A DNA stretch of 64,000 nt, from assembly GCA_964518215.1 (NCBI GenBank), contig CAZFFP010000005.1:15502-79501 (forward strand), read 5' to 3'. Of this stretch, positions 8,475 through 17,296 are shown one piece after another. Under the pieces are notes generated by a model. That model searched no databases. It had not been told where the DNA came from and saw nothing but the letters and a program-made list of their open reading frames with translations. The position numbers and the translations under genes are program-made. Source of the DNA: an uncultured Chitinophagaceae bacterium. Its GTDB lineage: Bacteria; Bacteroidota; Bacteroidia; Chitinophagales; CAIOSU01. Numbering within the stretch: position 1 is the first letter of the stretch; the number at the start of each line of letters is the position of its first letter.

Positions 8475-11400
8475 ATGAAACACGTCAGGTTGTCTGCAAT
8501 TTTTATTGCATCGCTTTTAATCATCTCGTTTTTTTCAATTGCCCAAACTTCTGAACGCTGTGCTACCATGCAAATGGATAGCTTTGTTCGTGCGTTAACG
8601 CCCGGCAGCCCCTCCCTTCAGGATTTTGAAGACTGGCTTCAATTGAAAATAAATGAAAGACCATCGCACCAAACCCGTTCTCGCCAAGTTTACACTATTC
8701 CGGTTATTGTACATGTGGTGCATAATGGAGAAAGCGTTGGCAGCGGAAGAAATATTTCCAACGCGCAAGTAAATTCTCAAATAGCTGTATTGAATGAAGA
8801 CTTCAGAAGGCTGAATGCCGATGCTGCCAATACTTTAGCTCAGTTTCAACCCGTTGCTGCCGATATCGAAATTGAATTTTGTATGGCAACCATCGACCCT
8901 AATGGAAACGTTTTGCCGGTTCCCGGTATCAATCGTGTAAACGGAGGCAGAACTACATGGACAACCACTGATATTAACAGTATTTTAAAACCTCAAACCA
9001 TTTGGGACCCTAATAAGTATTTTAATATTTGGGTGGTTGATTTTGGCAATACGGGCTTATTGGGTTATGCCCAGTTTCCTCAAGGTTCGGGATTGCAAGG
9101 TATGCCAACCGGTACACAAAATGCGAATACCGATGGCATAGTTGTTTATTATCGAGCTTTCGGTAGAGTGGGAAATTTATCCACCCAATCTAACAGAGGA
9201 AGAACCGCTACTCATGAAGTTGGTCATTGGCTTGGTTTGAGACATATTTGGGGCGATGGTGCCTGCACTGTTGATGATTTCTGTTCAGATACCCCTACTG
9301 CAGATGGAGCGAGCACGGGCTGTAGCCTGAACAGAACTACTTGCAACAACCTGAATATGGTTCAAAATTATATGGACTACTCTAATGATGCCTGTATGAA
9401 TATTTTTACGCTATGCCAAAAAACAAGAATGCGTACAGTATTGCTCAACTCGCCTCGCAGAGTTCAGTTGCTCACATCGAATGTATGCCAGTCATTCACG
9501 GCTTTGAGTGTCAGCGGAACAGTACGCGATGCAGTTACGCTGCAAGGCATACCAAATGCTAAAGTCCGTTTTTCTTCTACCGGAGGATTTAACTTTTTGG
9601 CAAGCTGTGATGCCAACGGCAACTTCACGATCAATAATATTTTCGCTGGCACTTATAGTTTTTATGCCGGTAATTGGGGGCATGTTACCAAAGAACTTAC
9701 CAATGTGAATGTTCAGGCAGGAATGCAACCTATAGCAATAAATCTTGAAAGAGGATATTATGACGATTTTGTTTTGGAATTTAATTGGGCTAAAACCGCT
9801 ACACCATTAAGTTCAAGTTTTACAGGTGCCTGGGTGCGCGAAAAACCTATAGGTACACTTTTTAATAATGTGCAATGTGCTCCAGACAATGACGTTCCTG
9901 TCGATTTTGGTTTAGACGCATACATTACAGGAAACGGTGGAGGAGCGGCAGGTTTTGATGATGTAGATGATGGTTATGTTACTTTAACTTCACCTGTATT
10001 TGACCTTGCTGCTGCCAATGACCCGAAAATTAATGTTTCATTATGGTTTTTTAATGGCGGTGGAAGCGGAACACCCAATGATACTTTAATTGTGAGAATC
10101 AGTAACGGATTACAAACGGTTACGATGGAAAATATCAGAAACAATATCCAGTGGGCGAAAAGAGAATATCGCGTGCGCGATTACCTGACTCCTACTGCTA
10201 ACATGCGTGTAGAATTTACTACTATGGATTTGGTAGGAACCGGACATTTGGTAGAAGCCGGTGTGGACCATTTTTATGTTACTGATACGAATTTGGTAGT
10301 TACCCTTCCTCCTGTTCCGGATTTCACTGCCGCGAATGTAATCGGGTGTGCTCCGCTTTCGGTAAATTTTTCTGATAATTCATCCAACAATCCTATTTCC
10401 TGGCAATGGACTTTTCCCGGAGGAACACCTGCTGCTTCTACACAGCAAAACCCCACTGTAGTTTATAATGCTCCCGGAACCTATAATGTTACGCTCAGAG
10501 CTATTAATCAATTCGGAGACAGCGCCACGACCAAACAGGCTTTTGTTACTGTTGAAAATGTGGCAGCAGATTTCACTGCCAATGCCACTTCCGGCTGCCC
10601 GGGCTTGAGAGTTACTTTTTCTGATGCTTCTACATGTAGCCCAGCTTCATGGAATTGGTCTTTTCCCGGAGGAACACCTGCTACCTCTACTCAACAAAAT
10701 CCAACAGTAGTTTATAATGCTCCGGGACAATACAATGTTACATTAATTGCCGGAGGCAACACCATGACCAAAACCAATTTTATTGATGTTGGCGTGGGTG
10801 GTGTCATTACTGTTTTGCAGGAAGACTTTGAATCAAATTCGTTCAATACGAATGGATGGACTGTTCAAAATCCTGATAATGGAATTACGTGGCAAGTTGC
10901 AAATGCCAATGGCAACCCGCCCGGAACCCGTTCTGCATTCATTGATTTGTTTACCTATCAGGCTCAAGGAGAAAGAGACGGCATTACTTCACGAGTGTTG
11001 GATTTATCTAATGTAAGTAACGCTTCGCTTTCATTTAAACATGCTCACAGAAGATTTACCCCACAAGCCGGTCAGGCATCGCCCTACCGCGATTCTCTCA
11101 TAGTATATGCCTCCGGAAATGGTGGTGCAAGTTGGGACAGAATTCTGTCTGCCGGTGAAAACGGACAAGGTTCTTTTGCTACCGGAGGACTTATTACTGC
11201 GCCTTTTGTGCCGGCAACTACTGATGACTGGTGTATCAGCGGAACGGTTGGCGCTGCTTGTTTTACACTCAATCTCAGCGCTTATGACGGATTGCCCAAT
11301 GTTCAAATCAGGTTTGAATCGGTAAATGATTATGGAAATAATATTTATCTCGATGATATTGTTGTTTCGGGCATTTGCACGGCTTCGAGCAATACTAATC

Positions 11401-13031
11401 CGGTGGCGAATTTCAGCGCTGATGTTACTTCGGCTTGCGGCTCTTTAACCGTAAATTTTACCGATGAAACCGTAAATAATCCTACCTCATGGAACTGGAC
11501 ATTTACAGGAGGAACTCCTGCCACTTCTTCTCAGCAAAATCCTACTGTAGTTTATAATACTCCCGGAAATTATCCTGTGAAACTGGTGGTAACGAATGCC
11601 ACAGGCAGCGATTCGGTTACCGTAAGTAGTTATATTCAGGTGAATCCATTCCCTGCTTTAGGCATAGTGAAATCTGATGTTTCCTGTTTTGGTTTTGATA
11701 ATGGTTCTGTTGCCATTTCGCCAACCAACGGAACTGCTCCTTTTACCTATAACTGGAATAATGGAGCCGCCACTTCAAGTATTAACTCTTTAGAGCCGGG
11801 CACTTATAGTGTTACGGTAATTGATGCCAAAGGCTGTGCTTCCAATGCTCAGGCAATTATTGGAGAACCGACAGCGCTTCAAACATCTGTTTCAAAAACC
11901 GATGCCGATTGTAATCAGGCTAACGGCACTGTTACCACAACAGTTTCAGGAGGAACGCTGCCTTATACATATCAATGGAATTCCGGAGAAACAACAGCTT
12001 CGCTTTCTGGTCTTTCGGCAGGAGTTTATGAAGTGTTGATTGCCGATTCAAATGGCTGTGCTGCCACATTGGAGGCAGAAGTTTTTGATGAAGGCGCTCC
12101 TGTTTTAAATATAACGGTACAAACGATTTCATGCTTTAATGGTAATGATGGCAGCATTATACTAACAGTTTCAGGGGGCAATGCCCCTTACGGATATAGT
12201 TGGTCTAATGGTGCCAATTCACCTAATCTAAACGGACTGCCTTCCGGTTCTTATCTGGTTACAGTTACCGACCAATCCGGCTGCTTCGCTCAGCAAGCAG
12301 TATTTGTTTCTGAACCTGATGAAATAGAAATAGAGTTTACAGTTACTCCGGTTCCGTGCAATCAGAAATTCGGCTCTGCCAATGCGGATGTTTCAGGCGG
12401 CACTGCTCCATATCAATATGTATGGAGTAATGGCAGTAACAGTGTATTTAACAATCTTCTCGAAGAAGGCACATACATCGTAACGGTTTCCGACAATAAT
12501 GCTTGTTCCAATACAGCATCTGTAACCATTACGAAAACTGATACCATACTTATTCAAACTTTTTCTACTCCCGATGATGGCAGTGGCAACGGCACTGCAA
12601 CCGTTCAGATAGTAAGCGGCACAGCACCTTTTAATATTAGCTGGAGTAATGGCGCAACTACCGATTTTTTGAGCGGTCTTGCTGCGGGCGATTATTTTGT
12701 TACGGTGTCGGGATCTAATTGCACCACCATCGAAATGGTTACCGTAGATTTTCTCAACAGCATTTTTGATATAGCAGATTCAGAAAACTTCATAAGCATT
12801 TATCCCAATCCGACTTCGGGCATGGTGCAGATTTCAACTACATTAAACGAACTGCCGGAAATACAGGTGTTTGATTTATTGGGAAGAAAAATTTCTGTGT
12901 CGGCCACACCAACCGGAAAGCAAGAAATGCAAATCAATCTCTCCGGAAATGCATCAGGCATCTATTGCATTGTAATGAAAGTGAATGATTACTCTGTGGT
13001 GCGAAGAATTTTGTTGGAAGAAGGGAAGTAG
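8475..13031 (+). CDS. Giant secreted M43 (pappalysin/cytophagalysin-type) zinc metalloprotease with PKD, MAM/anchor-J-like and SprB-type repeats and a T9SS C-terminal domain
   Basis: 1518 aa with a signal peptide. Zinc site HEVGHWLGLRHIWGDG. Three PKD-like units (..NFSD..W.W.FPGGTPA.S.QQNPTVVYN.PG.Y.V.L). Five SprB-type units (C.G..NGS....GG..PY.Y.WSNG). C-terminal ISIYPNPTSGMVQIS..GIYCIVMKV is a T9SS sorting domain. Confidence 0.9.
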   Translation: MKHVRLSAIFIASLLIISFFSIAQTSERCATMQMDSFVRALTPGSPSLQDFEDWLQLKINERPSHQTRSRQVYTIPVIVHVVHNGESVGSGRNISNAQVNSQIAVLNEDFRRLNADAANTLAQFQPVAADIEIEFCMATIDPNGNVLPVPGINRVNGGRTTWTTTDINSILKPQTIWDPNKYFNIWVVDFGNTGLLGYAQFPQGSGLQGMPTGTQNANTDGIVVYYRAFGRVGNLSTQSNRGRTATHEVGHWLGLRHIWGDGACTVDDFCSDTPTADGASTGCSLNRTTCNNLNMVQNYMDYSNDACMNIFTLCQKTRMRTVLLNSPRRVQLLTSNVCQSFTALSVSGTVRDAVTLQGIPNAKVRFSSTGGFNFLASCDANGNFTINNIFAGTYSFYAGNWGHVTKELTNVNVQAGMQPIAINLERGYYDDFVLEFNWAKTATPLSSSFTGAWVREKPIGTLFNNVQCAPDNDVPVDFGLDAYITGNGGGAAGFDDVDDGYVTLTSPVFDLAAANDPKINVSLWFFNGGGSGTPNDTLIVRISNGLQTVTMENIRNNIQWAKREYRVRDYLTPTANMRVEFTTMDLVGTGHLVEAGVDHFYVTDTNLVVTLPPVPDFTAANVIGCAPLSVNFSDNSSNNPISWQWTFPGGTPAASTQQNPTVVYNAPGTYNVTLRAINQFGDSATTKQAFVTVENVAADFTANATSGCPGLRVTFSDASTCSPASWNWSFPGGTPATSTQQNPTVVYNAPGQYNVTLIAGGNTMTKTNFIDVGVGGVITVLQEDFESNSFNTNGWTVQNPDNGITWQVANANGNPPGTRSAFIDLFTYQAQGERDGITSRVLDLSNVSNASLSFKHAHRRFTPQAGQASPYRDSLIVYASGNGGASWDRILSAGENGQGSFATGGLITAPFVPATTDDWCISGTVGAACFTLNLSAYDGLPNVQIRFESVNDYGNNIYLDDIVVSGICTASSNTNPVANFSADVTSACGSLTVNFTDETVNNPTSWNWTFTGGTPATSSQQNPTVVYNTPGNYPVKLVVTNATGSDSVTVSSYIQVNPFPALGIVKSDVSCFGFDNGSVAISPTNGTAPFTYNWNNGAATSSINSLEPGTYSVTVIDAKGCASNAQAIIGEPTALQTSVSKTDADCNQANGTVTTTVSGGTLPYTYQWNSGETTASLSGLSAGVYEVLIADSNGCAATLEAEVFDEGAPVLNITVQTISCFNGNDGSIILTVSGGNAPYGYSWSNGANSPNLNGLPSGSYLVTVTDQSGCFAQQAVFVSEPDEIEIEFTVTPVPCNQKFGSANADVSGGTAPYQYVWSNGSNSVFNNLLEEGTYIVTVSDNNACSNTASVTITKTDTILIQTFSTPDDGSGNGTATVQIVSGTAPFNISWSNGATTDFLSGLAAGDYFVTVSGSNCTTIEMVTVDFLNSIFDIADSENFISIYPNPTSGMVQISTTLNELPEIQVFDLLGRKISVSATPTGKQEMQINLSGNASGIYCIVMKVNDYSVVRRILLEEGK
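10317..11643 (+). repeat. Three PKD-like coding repeats, with a roughly 200-aa MAM/anchor-J-like module between units 2 and 3
   Basis: The DNA segments at 10421-10495, 10671-10745 and 11511-11585 are clearly homologous (GGAACACCTGC..CAGCAAAA.CC.ACTGTAGTTTATAATGCTCC). Confidence 0.75.
11644..12752 (+). repeat. Five tandem SprB-type (about 75 aa) coding repeats
   Basis: Repeated pattern CFGFDNGSVAISPTNGTAPFTYNWNNG / CNQANGTVTTTVSGGTLPYTYQWNSG / CFNGNDGSIILTVSGGNAPYGYSWSNG / CNQKFGSANADVSGGTAPYQYVWSNG / GSGNGTATVQIVSGTAPFNISWSNG. Confidence 0.75.
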
Positions 13032-13333
13032 TAGTATTTTCATTGAATCGAATCGACACTGATATTGATTTGTGTTTATTTTAGGCTAACCACCATCTAA
13101 TAACCATATTTAAAATGATGGCAATCCGGATGGCATTATAAAATATGTTTAAAATATATAGTTTAAAAATATCTCAGAAACCGACACAAGCATCTATTGA
13201 CAAAATAAAAAATCTGCACCATAAGTTGAAGATTTGCATAGTTATAGAAAGTAAGTTTTCAAAAGAACTGCCGTAATATTGCCCTGCTCTAAAAATTAAG
13301 GTATCATTACTTTTCTTTCGGAAAAAATCACCA

Positions 13334-14443
13334 GTGAAATCCCTCATTTGTCATATTACCACCGTGCATGTAGCTAAGGATATGCGCATCTTTTACAAAG
13401 AATGTGCATCGCTGTCTAAAGCCGGTTATGAGGTGAAACTTCTGGTCATCAACGGCAACAGCGAAACCACTCCCGAAGGAGTTGAAATTATTGGCATTCC
13501 TTGTAGTTTCAATTCAAAATTTCAGAGATTTTATAAAGCAGGAACATTGGCTTTTCAAAAAGCATTAAGCCTCCATGCCAACTTGTATCATTTTCACGAC
13601 CCGGAGTTTTTGTGGTTCGGCTACAAATTGATGAAGCAGGGAAAAAAGGTGATTTACGATGTGCATGAAGATGTGCCGCGCCAAATATTGGGCAAGTCTT
13701 GGATTCCGTTAATTTTCAGAAAACCACTTTCGTTTTTGTTCGAAAAATTCGAGAATCATTTTGCCTCAAAACTATCGGGCATTGCAACCGTAACCGAGTT
13801 GATTGCCACACGTTTTGAAAAAAACAACCATCGCGTTGCTATTGTAAAAAACTTCCCTATACTTTCAATGCTTCCCGAACCGGGAAATTGGGAAAACAAA
13901 AAAGACCAACTGTGCTACATTGGCGATATTACCCAAGTGCGTGGCATTGTTGAAATGGTGCTGCCTCTAGCAGGCTTGCCCTACCGATTGGCTTTGGGCG
14001 GAAAATTTTCTCAAAAGGGATTACGCGAATCGGTGATAGCGCTCGAAGGGTGGCAACAGGTTATAGAATATGGTTTTGTGGACCGAAACATTGCCAAACA
14101 AATGCTTGGCGATTCGAAAATCGGCTTCATTTTGCTGCACCCCATTATCAATTATCAGGATGCCATTCCTGTAAAACTGTTTGAATTTATGGCAGCCGGT
14201 ATTCCGGTGATAGCTTCCGATTTGAGATTTCAGAAATCGGTAGTGGAAGAAATCGGCTGCGGCATTGTAGTGAATCCTTTCGATACCAAAGCCGTTCGCG
14301 ATGCTATTCAGTATTTATTTGAACACCCTGACGAAGCCCAACACATGGGCATGAAAGGCAGAAAAGCTGTGGAAGAAAAATTCAACTGGAAAGCGCAGGA
14401 ACAAGTTTTGTTAAAGTTCTATCAGGAAATTTTAAGCGAATAA
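13334..14443 (+). CDS. Group-1 (GT4) glycosyltransferase
   Basis: 369 aa with a GTG start. N-terminal HITTVH..DMRIFYKECASLSKAGYEV. C-terminal GT-B motif: FILLHP..PVKLFEFMAAGIPVIASD. Confidence 0.8.
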   Translation: MKSLICHITTVHVAKDMRIFYKECASLSKAGYEVKLLVINGNSETTPEGVEIIGIPCSFNSKFQRFYKAGTLAFQKALSLHANLYHFHDPEFLWFGYKLMKQGKKVIYDVHEDVPRQILGKSWIPLIFRKPLSFLFEKFENHFASKLSGIATVTELIATRFEKNNHRVAIVKNFPILSMLPEPGNWENKKDQLCYIGDITQVRGIVEMVLPLAGLPYRLALGGKFSQKGLRESVIALEGWQQVIEYGFVDRNIAKQMLGDSKIGFILLHPIINYQDAIPVKLFEFMAAGIPVIASDLRFQKSVVEEIGCGIVVNPFDTKAVRDAIQYLFEHPDEAQHMGMKGRKAVEEKFNWKAQEQVLLKFYQEILSE

Positions 14444-14455
14444 AAGCCCTGCAAT

Positions 14456-15088
14456 TTAGCTTCTTACTTCAAAATTTTTCGGCAGCGCCTCATGCCGGTC
14501 AATCAATTCTTTTACAAAAACATCTTCGGGATAAAGTTGCAGTATAAACTTTTCGCTTTCATAATTATCGAGATGCTTCAGAATTTGCAATTCAGATTTT
14601 TTGAAACTGTTTTTAGTAAGGAAAATATTAACAAAGTCAGACTTTGGTACATCTTCAGGCTCCTGAAAACCTAATAGTTTGTTATAACTGAGCGCTGCAA
14701 AGTTGTCGTTTTTCACTTTGGCTTCAATTTGCTCAAACTGAAAAATATCGAAAACCAAATGCAGCAAATTCAGCGATGCCACCACCGGAACAGGAGAGCC
14801 GATAAAATTTTCGTCCCAAATAAATAAACCCGATTGAGCATTTTTATCTTTCCAGTCAATTTTTGAAATATGAATCATCCCAATCAACTTGGCTTCGTGT
14901 TCAATAATGAAATAAAAATCATTTCGGGCATCCAACGAAAGAAACCATTGCAATTGCATTTCGGGAGAAATAATGGCTCTGTATTCCATAACATTTCTGA
15001 TTCGGTCGGAATTGCGCCAATAGCGCACCAGTTCTATATGTTCTTTTCTGAGGCGAATCAGACGCACGCCAAATCTTGAGATAATCAT
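14456..15088 (-). CDS. GNAT-family N-acetyltransferase (RimJ/RimL-like)
   Basis: 210 aa. VRLIRLRKEHIELVRYWRN..IGMIHI..QSGLFIW..EAKVKNDNFAALSYNKLLGF. Its ATG overlaps the upstream GT2 stop by 4 nt (ATGA), which suggests translational coupling. Confidence 0.7.
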   Translation of the reverse strand: MIISRFGVRLIRLRKEHIELVRYWRNSDRIRNVMEYRAIISPEMQLQWFLSLDARNDFYFIIEHEAKLIGMIHISKIDWKDKNAQSGLFIWDENFIGSPVPVVASLNLLHLVFDIFQFEQIEAKVKNDNFAALSYNKLLGFQEPEDVPKSDFVNIFLTKNSFKKSELQILKHLDNYESEKFILQLYPEDVFVKELIDRHEALPKNFEVRS

Positions 15089-16011
15089 TCTATTTTTTCT
15101 TTAATAATAAACATCGGGTAAGACGATTCTTTGTAGTAAAGCCTGGTGATGTATTCGCCTATGATGCCCAACGAAAACAGCATGAGACTTGCAGAGAAAA
15201 ATATGGCTACAATGATGGAGGTAAAACCTAATTCCACATAATCGAAAAGTTTCTTGTAGATAAAATACAACCCGATAAAAAAACTGATGAGCGAAAATAA
15301 CAATCCGCCATAAGTCATCATCCTTAAAGGTAAAATAGTATAATTGATAATATAATTAAGCGTCATAAAAATCAACTTGAATATCGAGTATCCAGATTTT
15401 CCGTTGCCGCGCACATGATGTGTTACAGTTGTATGAGCAATATGCGGAGCAATACTGCACAACAACTCATCTAATAAAAAATACTTACGGTTAAAAACCA
15501 TTACACCTTCGAGCATATTTCGCCTGAAAAGCCTGAACGAAGAGCCATTGCCATAAGTGCTCGAAAAATATTTGAAAAAACTATTCACAACCCTGCTGCC
15601 TAAGTTGCGAACAATGCCATGATGCTTTTTCTCAAAAACACCATAAACCATTCCGGCATCGGTTTCTTCCATGCGTTGAATCAGCTTGCCTATTTCCAAA
15701 GGGTCTATCTGCAGGTCGTCATCAATTGTTATTACATATCTGCCTTTGGCTTGCAGAATACCGCATAGCGTAGCTTTCTGCTGACCGTAATTTTTGGCAA
15801 GTCTGAAAATTTTTAAATGGAATTTCTTTGAAGCGCTGATATTCTTCATTTGCTCCCAACTGTTGTCAGGGCTGCAATCTTCCACCATAATGATTTCATA
15901 TGATTCATTATTCTTCTGAAAAAACTCGTGAGTGCGCTCACAAAGCCTCTGAAGAGTGCCTGCACTATTGAACACCGGAACAACAACCGAATACCTAGGG
16001 AAATTTGTCAT
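15085..16011 (-). CDS. GT2 polyprenol-phosphate glycosyltransferase (GtrB/ArnC-like) with two C-terminal TM helices
   Basis: 308 aa. YSVVVPVFNSAGTL..IIMVEDCSPDNS..ITIDDDLQ (DxD). Hydrophobic C-terminal helices: ILPLRMMTYGGLLFSLISFFIG and FTSIIVAIFFSASLMLFSLGIIGEY. Confidence 0.85.
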   Translation of the reverse strand: MTNFPRYSVVVPVFNSAGTLQRLCERTHEFFQKNNESYEIIMVEDCSPDNSWEQMKNISASKKFHLKIFRLAKNYGQQKATLCGILQAKGRYVITIDDDLQIDPLEIGKLIQRMEETDAGMVYGVFEKKHHGIVRNLGSRVVNSFFKYFSSTYGNGSSFRLFRRNMLEGVMVFNRKYFLLDELLCSIAPHIAHTTVTHHVRGNGKSGYSIFKLIFMTLNYIINYTILPLRMMTYGGLLFSLISFFIGLYFIYKKLFDYVELGFTSIIVAIFFSASLMLFSLGIIGEYITRLYYKESSYPMFIIKEKIE

Positions 16012-16259
16012 GCTTTAAGGAAAATCAAATTTAACTACTTGAAGCGCTAATTTCAACTGAAATATTAACATACCTAAACAGATATGAAACAAATTGAATT
16101 TTACCAAACAAGCTGAAAGCAGATTTGATAATAGAATGAAATTTTTGCCCCAAAAGTAAACTCTGTAAAGAACCTAAAAATAACCTTTGTATTTATAGAG
16201 AAAGCTATGAAGTGGAATGGCTGCAAGTTTGAGTTATCTTTGTATCGAAAATTTCAAAA

Positions 16260-16667
16260 ATGGTTTACCTCACCAGACGCGAACATTTTAACGCTGCTCA
16301 CATGCTCTCCAACCCCAATTGGAGCGATGAACAAAACATATCAGTATTCGGGAAATGTGCCAATCGCAATTGGCATGGGCATAATTATGAGCTGTATGTA
16401 ACAGTTAAAGGAACTCCTAATACTGATACCGGTTTTATCATGAATGTCAAGGAGTTAAGCAAAATTATTAAGGAAATAATTATAGAACAGTTAGACCATA
16501 AAAACCTGAACGTTGATGTGCCTTTTATGCAGGGAAAAATGACTTCAACCGAGAATCTTGCAAAAGAAATCTGGAATCAATTAGAGCCGCACATAAAGGG
16601 GTGTAAATTACATTGTGTTAAACTTTTTGAGACCGAAAACATTTATGTAGAATATTTCGGTGAATAA
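16260..16667 (+). CDS. queD: 6-carboxy-5,6,7,8-tetrahydropterin synthase / 6-pyruvoyl-tetrahydropterin synthase family
   Basis: 135 aa. [31 protein letters not shown] is the Cys plus HGH zinc/catalytic motif of the PTPS/QueD family. Confidence 0.85.
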   Translation: MVYLTRREHFNAAHMLSNPNWSDEQNISVFGKCANRNWHGHNYELYVTVKGTPNTDTGFIMNVKELSKIIKEIIIEQLDHKNLNVDVPFMQGKMTSTENLAKEIWNQLEPHIKGCKLHCVKLFETENIYVEYFGE

Positions 16668-16678
16668 AAAATAAATTT

Positions 16679-17293
16679 ATGCCTCTAACGCATCATCCCA
16701 ATTACATGAAATTAGACCGCTACAACGAAGAAACCCTCAACAAGCTATCTTCCGATTTTACTGACATTATTAATGCTATTGGAGAAAATCCGGAGCGCGA
16801 AGGTTTGTTAAAAACCCCTGAGCGCGCGGCTAAAGCGATGCAGTTTCTTACTCAAGGCTATGATTTAGACCCTGCAGAAATCCTGAAATCTGCCATTTTT
16901 GAAGAAGACCACAGCGAAATGATTGTGGTGAAAGATATCGAGATGTTTTCTTTATGCGAGCATCACATGTTGCCTTTTTATGGCAAAGCACACATCGCCT
17001 ACATTCCTGATGGAAGAATTGTCGGATTGAGCAAAATTCCAAGAATTGTAGATGTTTTTGCCAGGCGTTTACAGGTGCAGGAACGTCTTACCACTCAAAT
17101 CAGAGATTGTATTTTCGAAACGCTAAAGCCTCATGGTGTGGCGGTTGTTATTGAAGCAGTTCATTTTTGCATGATGATGCGGGGCGTGCAAAAGCAAAAT
17201 TCTTCTACAACTACTTCTGCTTTTACCGGTGAATTTGAAAAGCAAGCTACCAGAAATGAATTTATAAATATCATTTCGGCTAAGCTGCATTAA
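16679..17293 (+). CDS. folE: GTP cyclohydrolase I
   Basis: 204 aa. [54 protein letters not shown] are all canonical FolE motifs. Confidence 0.9.
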   Translation: MPLTHHPNYMKLDRYNEETLNKLSSDFTDIINAIGENPEREGLLKTPERAAKAMQFLTQGYDLDPAEILKSAIFEEDHSEMIVVKDIEMFSLCEHHMLPFYGKAHIAYIPDGRIVGLSKIPRIVDVFARRLQVQERLTTQIRDCIFETLKPHGVAVVIEAVHFCMMMRGVQKQNSSTTTSAFTGEFEKQATRNEFINIISAKLH

Positions 17294-17296
17294 TTA

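Noticed and set aside
16260-17293. queD-folE as part of a 7-deazaguanine DNA-modification (Dpd-like) defence system
   Set aside because: No DpdA/TGT-like, QueC, QueE or helicase/nuclease genes are nearby. The pair alone is the normal start of queuosine or pterin biosynthesis.
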